This document shows positions 13,901-27,200 of a DNA stretch of 64,000 bases, one piece after another (the stretch's first letter is position 1; every line of letters begins with the position of its first letter). A program made the translations under genes and the position numbers. Source of the DNA: Octopus bimaculoides (taxonomy: Eukaryota); contig NC_068985.1 in the NCBI RefSeq assembly GCF_001194135.2, positions 31,907,883 through 31,971,882 of the forward strand, in the 5' to 3' direction. The notes beneath the pieces are model-generated. The model was not told the origin of the DNA. It did no database searches and saw only the letters and a program-made list of their open reading frames with translations.

Positions 13901-16900
13901 GATAGCTGTCTTATTAAGGGACAGAAATAGGTATCTTACTGTAAAGGAGATACCCCAATCAGAGTGAAAGAGAGAGAGAAAGAAAGAAAGCAAGAATGAG
14001 AGAGCGAGAGTAAAAGAGAATAAGAGTGACGGTGGCAATGTGCCAGAACATACTCTCAAGGCAGAAGAATGAGAATATAAATGGAATGGCAGGGGATGGC
14101 CCAGGGTCATGATTAAGGAGTTCGCACAAATGTAAGTAGGCTGCAGGAGTGGGGAGGGAGAGATAAGTACAGTGTATGAAGAGATGTAATTTAATTTATT
14201 AAAGTAGGGTGTATGAAAAACGTAATGTTAAATGTGGGGCAGAACAACCAGCAAATTATTGATAATAGTTGTTTATTAACTCCTAAATATCAGTGTTCTT
14301 GTCAATCAAAATATGTCATAATTCCAAGTGTCTCAAAGATTGCTTTCATTACATATACTTTGACTAAAATCTCCCTATAAACATTGAATTCTTAAGACTG
14401 CTACTATATGAAATGACCTTCCCTCATGTATGTTCTTGCAATACAATTCTTCAGCTCTATATTAACTACAACAATCCCCTTTACATTTCCAATTTAAAGT
14501 TTCCTCTAACAGCTATGGGTAATGGCTACCACACTGAATGCAGCAATAAAGGAAAATAGAAACATGCACTGATGCATTAATAGTTAAACAAGAAATCAAG
14601 TAAAAAAAATAGCATGTAACAAATATCATTAATACTCACTAAATGAGCAAATCCGGGAGCTTTAATCTTACATCTATAAGGTTTGTTGGACCCATCTGAC
14701 ACAAGGTAAACTCCAAATTCACCCTATAGAACAAAAGTAATTTTAAAGATGAAATAAATTTCAGATAGCATTATGAAAAAAAATCATCAAACTTTTTATC
14801 TATTGCTTTCATTTATGTTTAGTTACATACCTTTGGTGCTTCCACAGCAGTGTATGTACTACCAGGAGGTACATTATAACCTTCTGTGTATAGCTTGAAG
14901 TGATGGATCAATGATTCCATGGAAGACTGCAAATAATACAATATTTGAAAGAATAACACTCAAATCATGTTCATGTAAGAAACCATTTAACACAGGAACT
15001 AATGTCTAAAAACACAGGTGTTTTTGTTTAAAAAGAAAAATCTAAATTTTTAAAATAAGTGTCACATTAAAAAAGATGTACATATAGGCATGGTTGCATG
15101 GATGTGGAATTTAGTTCATAACTATGTAGTTTTGGCACCATTGTGTGGCACTTTGGGCAAGTGTCTTCTAGTATAGCTTCAAGCTGACCAAAGTTTTGCA
15201 AGTGAATCTGGTACATGGAAGCTGTGTGGAAGCCCATCATTCATTTGTTTTACATCTATTTTCCATGCCAGTATGGGTTGAACTGATATTTATCTGAAAC
15301 AGAATTTTACAGCCAGACTCTTCCTGTTGCTAATCCTTGCCCATTTTTCATATGAAGCATTTTCTTTTCATTCCATTAAATTTCCAAAAGGCAGAACTAT
15401 AGGATGTAAACACGACATTGCCATTTTTGCTCAGATGGTCTCATGTGAAGAAGTGAAAATGACAACATCTACATACATACACACAGGAGCAGCAGCCACC
15501 ATCACCACCACCTCCACTTCTTAGTGATCATAAGTATCATTTGCATCTGTTTCTACAACATCACACAGAGTACTAGGTGCATTTTCTTGTAGCACCAACA
15601 TCACAATACTTCTGTATTCTAAGGCAAGTAGATCAATGAAACAAATAAGAGTTGGAGCAACACACACACACGACTGACTTTCATAGAATTTGTCTACCAA
15701 TTTCACTCACAAAGCTAGGGAAGTCACTGGCCCAAGATGTCATGCACCTGGATTGAACCTGAGAACACCTGGTTGTGATGTGAACTTCATAACCACAAAG
15801 CCATTCTTGCATCATTCCATCATGTATGTGTATGTGCACATAGATGTTTGCATTCTATATATCTTTGCATGCTACTGCTTAAGCTAATGTCATGTGTACA
15901 TTTACTATAAACAATACATCCTGTAGCTCTGTGCTTATGAAGAATAGTCATATAAAATATTCTTTACTTGAAAAACGGTTTAGGTTTGGCAACAGGAAAG
16001 ATGCCTAGTCATTAAAAATGCCTCAGTTTGTCTTCATCCAACTCATTTTAGCAATGGAAAAATAGATATAAAAGAAAGGAATGAAGCTCATAAACATTTT
16101 GACTTTGTTAAGCAGAAACTGTGGTGGTCCACCGTTCATTCATGCATTTTACATCAGTTTTTCCATGCTAGCATGAATCGGACAAATTCATAAACTCAGA
16201 TATTTTTTTCACAGCTGGATGTTTTACTCTGTCTCTAAGCCTTACTATTTTTTCAAGCAAGGGATACTTATTCTACTTCAAACATGTAGAACTAGAGGAT
16301 GATTTATTAAACAGGGAATGTCAACAAATGTCATGTATTGTGACATTTACACCAGGATGGACTTAGCCATTCCATAAATAAAGATTGATAAAATAAGTAT
16401 TAGATTAAGTACAAAAGTTGATATAATCAACTAAAATTGTTGAAGGTGGTATCCCAACAGGGCCACCATCTCGAGAGTGAAACTAGTAGAGTAATATGCA
16501 GATCAGGCAAAGGAAAATGGTTAAACTGGTATTATGAATTAGCCTACAAGAGGGGGTAAGAAATGAAGATAGACTAAAATTACATGTAACTAGAATAATA
16601 AGCAACTACTGAGATGCTTAATAAAAACAACTTACTTTCATTTCACTTCTCTTAGGAGGACAAATTTTGTGATCATCTACTTTTATTTCACCTGGAGGCA
16701 TTTTGTTTAGACACTGATGAATAATATTCAGACTTTGTCTCATTTCTTCCATTCGGATTAAATACCTGCAGATACATAAAAATAAATTTTACAAATCTTA
16801 TATTTTTGGCACCTGAATTTATTTACAAAACATATCTATCATCATCATCATTTAACATCTATTTTCCATGCTGGTGAGTCATGAGGCTGCTTCAACTCCA

Positions 16901-19900
16901 GTATCAGCTTTGACATGGTTTTTACAGCTGGATGTCATAATGCCAACAACTTTATAGAGTGTACTGGGTGTTTTTTTCTTTTTGTGATACCAGCACTAGT
17001 GAAGATACGACATAAGTTTCAAGGCAAGAAAAGAACAAGAAGGAGAAAGTGGGGAAAGGAAAAGGAAAAAGCTTCCTTAACCCTTTCGTTACTATATTTC
17101 TGACCAAAATACACCCCTCATGAGTTTCAATTAAATTCTAAAATAATCATGAATTTAGACTAGTCTCATTAAGCACCTGTAACTTTTTTATTTATCAACA
17201 TATTAATGTGATATTTGGAACATAATTAAATAAAGGGNNNNNNNNNNNNNNNNNNNNNNNNNNNNNNNNNNNNNNNNNNNNNNNNNNNNNNNNNNNNNNN
17301 NNNNNNNNNNNNNNNNNNNNNNNNNNNNNNNNNNNNNNNNNNNNNNNNNNNNNNNNNNNNNNNNNNNNNNNNNNNNNNNNNNNNNNNNNNNNNNNNNNNN
17401 NNNNNNNNNNNNNNNNNNNNNNNNNNNNNNNNNNNNNNNNNNNNNNNNNNNNNNNNNNNNNNNNNNNNNNNNNNNNNNNNNNNNNNNNNNNNNNNNNNNN
17501 NNNNNNNNNNNNNNNNNNNNNNNNNNNNNNNNNNNNNNNNNNNNNNNNNNNNNNNNNNNNNNNNNNNNNNNNNNNNNNNNNNNNNNNNNNNNNNNNNNNN
17601 NNNNNNNNNNNNNNNNNNNNNNNNNNNNNNNNNNNNNNNNNNNNNNNNNNNNNNNNNNNNNNNNNNNNNNNNNNNNNNGACCCTGTTTCCTCAGAAAAAT
17701 TGTTAATAAAAATATTTTTAAAATCTTTTTCTGGTGTAAAATCATCTTCGCTGTCGCCGTCGCTGCTTTCAGTTTCGGATACAGAAATATCCGATTTATT
17801 ATCGTTCACCAGGTGCTTTTGTAGCTCATTCATTCTTTTCTTCGATATCTCTATATCTTCTGTTGAAAAACCTTCAAATTCGGAATCATTGCTTGATAGC
17901 ATGAAACTCCTCTCCATCTTCAAAGTTGAAAAAAATTAACACCGCAAAAAATGTGGAAAAAAATCTTCCAAAATTCACTGAGTTCAAATATCATGCCAAA
18001 CAATGTCGGAGACAATAACTCAACTGTTTGCAAAGTGAAATCAGGTGTTTAACGAATGTACTAACGAAATTTAGGTTCAAATATACATTTAAATAACAAT
18101 GAGTACGGTCAGCTGGCTACGGCCGGGTTAGTCTTATGAACCAAAAAATTTTTCGGCCAGCTACGGCCAGGTTAGTAACGAAAGGGTTAACTAAATGGCA
18201 AGGTAGCATTTGAGAGGGGGAGGGGTGACAGAGAGGTGGATGATAAATATATCAGAAGATGGACGTATGATGATGATGGCCTGGTGTAGCCATCTGGTTT
18301 CACCAGTCCTCAGTCAAATCGTCCAACCCATGCTAGCATGGAAAGCGGACGTTAAATGATGATGATATATATATATATATATATATCATCATCATCATCA
18401 TCGTTTAACGTCTGCTTTCCATGCTAGCATATATATATATACTTAGGTTTTACTTTTTTTCATGAGTATCAATTTTATCTTCTATGGTAATATAAGTTAA
18501 AAAGGATCACAAGTACATATAACAATATTAGATTTTTTTTCTTTTTTAAATTTTATAAACAGACCTACTGGTTATTACAGGTTTAACCAATGTATCAATA
18601 ACTGGTTCACTAAATTATTACCCATGCAATAAGGGACATTAGATTTTTTTTTAAAAACCAGAGAAACACAATGGGACTACAAACTACTTTGTGTCACAAT
18701 GTATTCACAATTGAAGTGAATAATAAAATCATTGAAATGCCTTGATTGTACATTTATATTGAGTTAAAATAGTTCTTTAACCCAAGGTCCTCACTGTGCA
18801 GACCTACAATGAAAGGCATTCAAGCTATGACCATTAATGGTTTCCTCTAGGACTACAGTAACTAATGTGTCCTTTATAAGAATGAAAGCTGAATTTAAAA
18901 GAGATTGGTAGCTATTTTTTCTTTTAGGAAATTAAGTGACCACAAACAGACTTCTACACAAGGATAATTATGACAGTTCTATGTAGCTGATGAAATGTCC
19001 AGCAAGTCATGGAAGCCTATGTGGGATGTGCTATTGCATACTAGCTATCACATGTGGCCCTGTAACTGGGCTATATACTAAATAAATACAAAATACCAGA
19101 GAAGATTTTACCTGTCATAGCAATCTCCTTTACGACCAATTGGGATATCAAAGTCTACTTTGTCATAAGCATCATATGGTTGTACTTTACGCAAATCCCA
19201 TTTGATTCCTGATCCACGCAGCATTACTCCACTGAAGATCACAAAAGATTTAGTGATAACAGAAATAACAATTGCATAAAGTAAGAATATATTTACGTTA
19301 TACGCACAAATATACATGAAACTAAAGTAGAATGTATTACTAAATATTTTTCTTGATACTGAAATACTCATATTTGTTATTAAGATACTATAAAGAGACA
19401 GTATATTAAAGCAATTTTGTGAATAAGAAGACAAAAGAAAATCTCAATTTGATTCTGATATACGTACATAAATGTTCACTTGTATCAGTAAATATTAAAA
19501 TACTATAAAATTTCAGTACAGGTTTAATGTCACAAAAGCTTAGACTTCTAACTTAAACATCAGAGAGGAAATGCAACATATGAAGTACCATATTCAGTAA
19601 TTATTAAATAATTACAATACAAATATATTTATACCTACATTCAAATTTCACACACTTCTCACCAAAATTAACATAAATGCATTAATTTAGAAGGCCGAAA
19701 GTTTGTGGTATTCATTTGTATTTTTTTCTGACATAAGAAAACATTACAGAACTTACCTACAGCCATAATTGAGGGCATCTTCTGCTGATATAATACCAAT
19801 GTCAACTGTTCTAGATTTCCAAATTCTATTTTCTGTCAAAAGAGCATCAACTTCATCAAGCCTCTCTCCAAATTTGCTAATAAAATCAAAGATGTCATCC

Positions 19901-21154
19901 ATCAATCCAAGAGGTAAGTCCTGAAACAGAATACACATCTTGTAGTTAATGAAAATGCAATAAACCTCATAACAGTTTCGATTTCTTTTTTGCTTTTCTA
20001 ATTTTGTCTTTTAAATATATGCAAGAATTAAAATATTGAAGGAAAATTTCTACTGCAATGTGTGAATATTATCTATCGATATATATAATCTGTATCTATC
20101 TATCTATATATCTGTCAGTGTGCATACACGACAGATATATATATAGAAAAGTTGGACTTAAGAAGCATCAGATGTGGTATGCAAGAGACAACTGTGCTGG
20201 TATGGTCATGTATTGCGAATGGATGAGGACAGCTGTGTGAAAGTGTCACACCCTAGCAGTTGAGGAACCTGTGAAAGAGGTAGACCCAGGAAGACCTGGG
20301 ATGAGGTGGTAAAGCACAACCTTCAAACACTGGGCCTCACCAAGGCAATAACAAGTGACTGAGATTTTCAGAGATATGCTGTGCTTGAGAAGACCCAGCA
20401 AGCCAAGTGAGACCACAACCTGGCATATGCCAGTGCTGTATAAACAGCCCATTTAAGAGTACCCTTCATTCATTGGATAATAAACTATACCTGTGAAGAG
20501 CTGTTGAGGTAAGTGAAATTGTTGTTGTGGCTAATGACAGTACTGCCTGATTGGCACCCGTGCAAGTGGAATGTTAAAAGCACCATTCGAGCGTGGTCGT
20601 TGCCAGTGTTGCTGGACTGGCTCCTGTGCAGTGGCATGTAAAGAGCACCATTTGAGCATGGCCAATGCCAGTACCACCTGACTGGCTCTTGTGCTGGTGG
20701 CACATAAAAACACCCACTACACTCTGGGAATGGTTGGCATTAGGAAGGGCATCCAGCTGTAGAAACTTTGCCAGATCAGATTGGAGCCTGGTGCAGCCTT
20801 CTAGCTTGCCAGCTCTCAGTCTAACCATCCAACACTATGATGTTGACTGGATGTTTGATTTTTATCACTCTCGGTACATGTCCTCAGATTGACAGCCAAA
20901 CACTCTGAAATGTTCGTATTGGAGTTTCCAGTGCAAATGCTAAGCAGTACAGCATGCTATTTCCAAATTTCTGGTAGAGTGAATTGCATCATGATGCTGT
21001 TTTTCTCATAGACAGTGTCCAAATGACTCTACTATACTGTGTAGTCGACAAAATCAAAAACAAACAATGCATATGCGTGAAATGTGAAATTAAAAATATA
21101 AAATGGCGACAATTTACTCATAACACCCTGTATGTATGCAAATATATGTGTGTT

Positions 21155-21226
<72 letters not shown>

Positions 21227-24200
21227 TATATACAGTATACAAATTCAATATTTTAAAAATGTTATTTTATAATCAATCATGAATAAACCTTTTATTAACA
21301 TAATGAACAACCCATGCCAGCATAGAACATATCCAATGTTCTATGCTGGCATGGATTCGGGTGGTTTGACATGATCTAATGAATCTAAGGATCACATCAT
21401 GGCTCCAGTGTCTTTTTGGAATGGTTTCTATGGCTGGATGCTCTTCCTAATGCCAACAACTTTACAACAGTGCTTTTTTCATGCTACCAGCACTAACAAG
21501 GTTGCCATGCAACTTACAAGATTATGAACCCAGAGGATGGAGGTTGACTTTATGCTAGGGGATGAAGAGTTAAAGAGAAGGGAAGAGGAGCAGAGCAGGT
21601 TCTTGTTGTAGAGGAGCTAGATAGCTACTCACATTTAAAAGAGAGGGTAAGAATGATTAGTAAGAACTGCAAAGAGATAAACAGTGGTGATGGTGACCAA
21701 GCAGGTAGCTAAGTCAATTGACTTTTAATACTGAATGGAATTTGTTAAAGTAAAACTATGTCTTATTTACATTTCTATAATTGTTGGATGATTTACCTGT
21801 GAAACTCCACCAGGACGGACATAAGCTGCATGCATACGGGCTCCAGAAACACGTTCATAAAATTCCATCATCTATGGGGAAACATAAACTCAATTAATAA
21901 AGTAGACACAACATATTAAACAAAAGCAACTCAATTGAAAAAAATAAACTCTTTACTAAAACTAATGCTAATTCAATCTTTAGCTAGAGAAAATTAGTTA
22001 ATTCTACAGAATCATTTGCATTAGACCTTTAACCCTTTCGTTACTGTATTTGCTTTGAGATGCTCGGTTTCTCTCAATTATTTTAGATAAAACAAATAAT
22101 TTAGTAAAATAACTTAGTTATCATTAAGCTAGTGTTAGGAACATTAATTGTGACTAAGGTTTGGTGGAAGATTTTAATTCAAAACTTATGAAAACAAGAC
22201 ATTTGTACTACAGAGCCAGCTTCAGCTGGGTTGGTAACGAAAGGGCTAAATTATAAGAGACTAGATTACAAATACCAACTGCACTCCACCTTTATTGAAA
22301 ACATAAAAGTTGCAATTGGCGAGTCTGTATATTCACCTATTTTTAGGAGAGACAGGCACAATTCAAGATTTGGATGCTATTTCTAGCAGATCAAGTGACT
22401 GTGCAGAATCCTCCTTGCCTACTTCTGCTAGTGGCCACTTCAAAAATGTAAAAGTATATAGAATTAGACTGGATAGTGGAAAGTGAAATTTGTCAAAATT
22501 GTTACATTGTATTCCATAAGATTAGCCACTGTATATTGGAATGATGGCTTTGTAGATTACACCTAGTTATTCAACTGACTACCTATGAACTAAAAGTCAG
22601 CTTTATGATAATTGGCCTGAAAATACACAATAACCAGTTGCGCTTGTCTTTGTTACTTATAGTTCATACTGTTTTCCTTTCCTTAACATTTAAACCAGCT
22701 AATAATGCTTACAAAATAGGTAACAACAACACTAGTACTTACTTTTTCACGTTCTTCAAAGAGCCAGAAAAAAGGTGTCATAGCACCAATATCCAAAGCA
22801 TGGGTACCGACTGCCATAATATGATTGAGTATCCGAGTTATTTCACCAAAAAGGGCTAAAAATCAAATGATAATACTAGAATAGTTAATACATTACTTTT
22901 GTCTTTTTTTAATGGTTTTTCTCTGAAGGAAGGGGTTATGGGTGTGGCCTTTGCAATCCTATGAGACCAGTGAGAGTGATACAGTTGATGTTTCTCTTGA
23001 TGGTTCAAGGAAAAAACATGGGCAAGGAGGCAATTCTAAAGGAGTGATGTTCCAAGGAGGAAGGACTGGGGTGCACAATGTAAGTGACAAAAGGAACAAG
23101 AGAGACAAATGCATCAATATTTTGAATGGAGGTGACACAAGACCAGATACCTGAGGAGTAAAGGCCACTGAGTAGTAATAGAAGTAGCCATAGAGTAGCA
23201 TGTGTATGGGCCAGAGATTGGTGTGTTAGAGAGTGATGTCATGCCAATCAGTTGAGTGGCTATTTTTTTATGCAGTCATGGATGTTAGTAAATGTAGCAG
23301 CAGATCATACCAGATATTGGAACAGTACTCCATTATGGGTCAGATTCATGCATTATATAGGGTTACTGATAGTTGGAAGCTGAAAGATTTCCTAGTCTTG
23401 AAGAGGAAAATCAGGCTTTGGGATGCAGTCTTTGTTATGTTGAGGATGTAAAATCACCAGGAGAAATCCTCAGTGATAGGGATGGCCTAATACTTTTATA
23501 AGGGTTCTAATTGTGTGCTATTCATGTTTGAGGAGTTGAGCACAGTATTGGATTATTGATATATATATTATATATATCATCATCATCATCATCATCATCA
23601 TCGTTTAACGTCCGCNNNNNNNNNNGGAGGGATATATATATATATAATAATTACATCTTCGTACTTTTGAAAGAGTAAAGATTAACATGGCTTCACTGAA
23701 GTCTGTTCAGGGAATCAATATAGGTTTGGTGTGAGGTGCCTAAGTTTGGTTGATGCTTAGGTGCAGGTTACGGAGGGTGGTATCGTCTGTATAGGGAATA
23801 GTGTTGGAGCTATTGGCAAATAGTTTGTAAAGGAGTGACTGACACAAGCCAGAAAATTCCTCATTTAACGTCCATTTTCCATGTTTGCATGGGTCGGATG
23901 GACTTAACTGAGGCAGATTTTCTATAGCTGGATGTCCTTCCTGTTGCCAAACTTCATCCCAAATTTCAGACCATCTGCCTACAGTATAAAGAATTATCAT
24001 TATTATAGTGGATGACTGCAATAAGTAATGTAAAAGATTAATCTATTTCCACAAGTAACATTATAGGTGACCTTTTATTAACTAAAATATTTTAGGAAAT
24101 TATTCCAACCAGTATATCTACTTAGTTATGAATTTACTTACTTCGGATCCATTTTGCTCTTTCTGGAATCTCAATATTTAATAAATTTTCCACAGCCAAT

Positions 24201-27200
24201 GAATAACATTGTTCATTGCACATCATTGAAACATAGTCTAAACGATCGAAATAGGGTAAGGCCTACAAGGAAAGAAAATAAAATCAATTAAGTAAATAGA
24301 ATATACAATATGTAAAAGGAAATAATTGTAAAATTTGTTAGAAATTTCTTTCGTTACATTTTTTATTTTATCATGCTATTTACCTGCATATAAGTCTTGT
24401 ACTCAATAAGCTTTTCTGTACCCCGGTGTAATAGTCCAATGTGAGGATCAGCACGTTCAATAGTCTAAAAAGAAATACACAGGTTTTTCATATTAGCAAG
24501 AAGTAGCAAAAGTAACAATTTCATACATTGGCAAAAGGTCAGAAATATGGTGAGTCTTAGAGTCAATATCAGTAGGCTAACTAATACTTATTTTACTGAT
24601 CTCTGCAAAGGCAAAATGCAAAGTTGATCCAGAATTTGAACTCATAATGAAAAGGAATACAATTAAATTCTAAAAAGTTATTTTATTCAGCATTCTACAA
24701 ATGTTGTCAACCACCTGCTTTTCCAGACATGCAAATAATTTACATCATATTTTTGTCTTTTTTTACCTTTCTTTTACTTTGATTGAGTTAGATGATTTTG
24801 TTTGAGTCATGAAGCACAATAATTCCATTGTCACATTTTAATACAAGTGATAACCATGTCAGTCTTCTCATTTCATTCCTTTTTATCTTTTTTTCTAACA
24901 GATATCTAACATTAAATCTTGGACTAACAAATTGATGTTGATAAAAAAATGTGCAAGAATAATAAAGCAGTTACAATTTCATATGAAGAACATATATGGT
25001 TTATCCTCCAGTGGAGTAGTTCTCAGATGCTTTGGTTAATGAGCAACTCTGAGTTTCAGAGACAGTGGCCATTAAGCTGCAACTGTCTTCATGTTATTAT
25101 GAAAATAGCATGAAGACAGTTTCAACAGCAAGAGATTACCACAGAGTTGTGCATTGGTCACTTTCTGCATCTGAAGGTCATCATGCACATCCAAGTCCAG
25201 CAGCCATGAAGACACTTAGTCATGGATCCAGTGGTCATCCAAGTTTCATAGCTATAAAAGAGTATTATCTCTTCTTGAGGTCTCTGGCGAGGTTGGAGAT
25301 CTAAATACTTGTTGTTGCACAGTTTCTACTATTAGCAAAAGAGGTCAAGCATTTATGATCTTGTTTGATAACAAAGTGAACAAGGTGTCTAAGCATAAAC
25401 TAGAGTAAATTAGTTAATAAATTTTGTTCTTTTACATGTATTTCATGTTAAAATAAATGCAATTTGGCTTTCACTCAAGTAACTGTTCTTACAATTTGCT
25501 CGTTCTGCTACAAAGTACTCATGTTAATTAGAAGGAAATGTATTTTTATCAGTGAAACAACTGGAAATACACAGAGTAATAAATAAATATAAGTCTTAAT
25601 TTGATTAGTAGTCTGTGGTCAATTGTAAAATGAAAACAAACAAAATATAATATTAGACAGAAACTTACCTCACCGTCCAGTGTAAGTACGAGACGCAATA
25701 CACCATGAGCTGCAGGGTGCTGTGGACCAAAGTTCATAGTCACATTTTGAACTTCCTTCTCTTTCACTTCTCCTCGAGCTGCAAAAACAATTTTATACGA
25801 TTCATGTAACCATTGTATAGTAGTATTCATTATACAGAAATTAGACGAGAAGAAAGTAAAAAAAATTCAACATATATCTAAATATCTCAGAAATAACTCT
25901 ACTATTTTTTGTGGCTGGTGACTTCAATGGGCATGTTGGACAACATGCAGGGGGTTTCCATGGTGTACATGGAGGCTATAGTTTTGGTTCCTGCAATGAG
26001 GAGGGAACCAGGCTGCTGGAGTTCTGCAATGCATATGATCTTATGGTTTGTGATACTATCTTCAGGAAACCTGCCAGTCACCTATTCACCTACCGATCTG
26101 GTGGACACACTAGTCAAATTGATTACATCCTTACCAGGAAACGGGAAAGATGGCTACTTATAAGTGCCAAAACCTTCCCATGTGAAGAATGCACGCCCAC
26201 AACATAGATTAGTAGTTAGCAACTTCAGAATCAAGGCTAAATGGATGCCCAGAAGATGACCAGCAAGGAGGAGAAGGTTCTGGCAGCTTAAGGATTCTGC
26301 GAATGGACAGAGATTTAGAGATGTATTACTCAAAGTTTTTGATGAAATAGAGGGGGATATAGCATCACATGCTGTGGAAGACAACTGTGCAAAGTCCCCT
26401 CTTGACCCAAGGTAACGTGGTGGTGGAACAATGTATTTGACAGGGCCATTAAGGAAAAGAAACAGGCATGGAAGGACTCAAAGAACGGTGGTAGCAGGGA
26501 ATTGTATCAGATTGCCAGAAGGGAAGCTAGGAGACAGATTTACTTAGCAGATAAGAAAAAATTTGCCAATGTTCTGGGTGCATTTTATCATGAGAGGATG
26601 TCTACAATAAGTCCAGTCTACTATGCATCAATATTTTTTTATACAAAATTACCATTCACCTAGATACTGTGGACTTCCAGAGCCCATGGCTTTCCTGTTC
26701 ATTCCTTTCCATAACACTTTTTACAGCATGTTAAGTATTTTTCATAAAGATAACAAACTGCATTATTTGCTGCACAGTATATAGTATGACTAACCTTTAT
26801 TTATAATTGAATGTTACTTTTAAAACTTATTTCTCATGAGCTGATCGAGTTTTAGATTTACCAAAATTTTTGTTGCAGTCTTTGGATGAGTTATGCATAG
26901 TCCAGAAATATATGTTGTGGTGAGTAGTGCTAAATTTAAATAGAGTGGAAATTGCTTATTATAAACATGTTATCAAATAGTTATAGTTAAATTTTCAAAT
27001 AAACCAATATGCAATCACCATAGAAATCAAAAGAAAACTACATTAGCTATGGAGACATAGTAAGTTTGATAATGGCGGTGACTAGCAACTGTGGTGATGG
27101 AAAATTATGTTGATACTAGGAGTAGAGATACGAGTGAGTTAAATTGGTTGGTGTGGCTAGCAGTATTCATGTATATGTGTACAAATTCACACACATAGTT

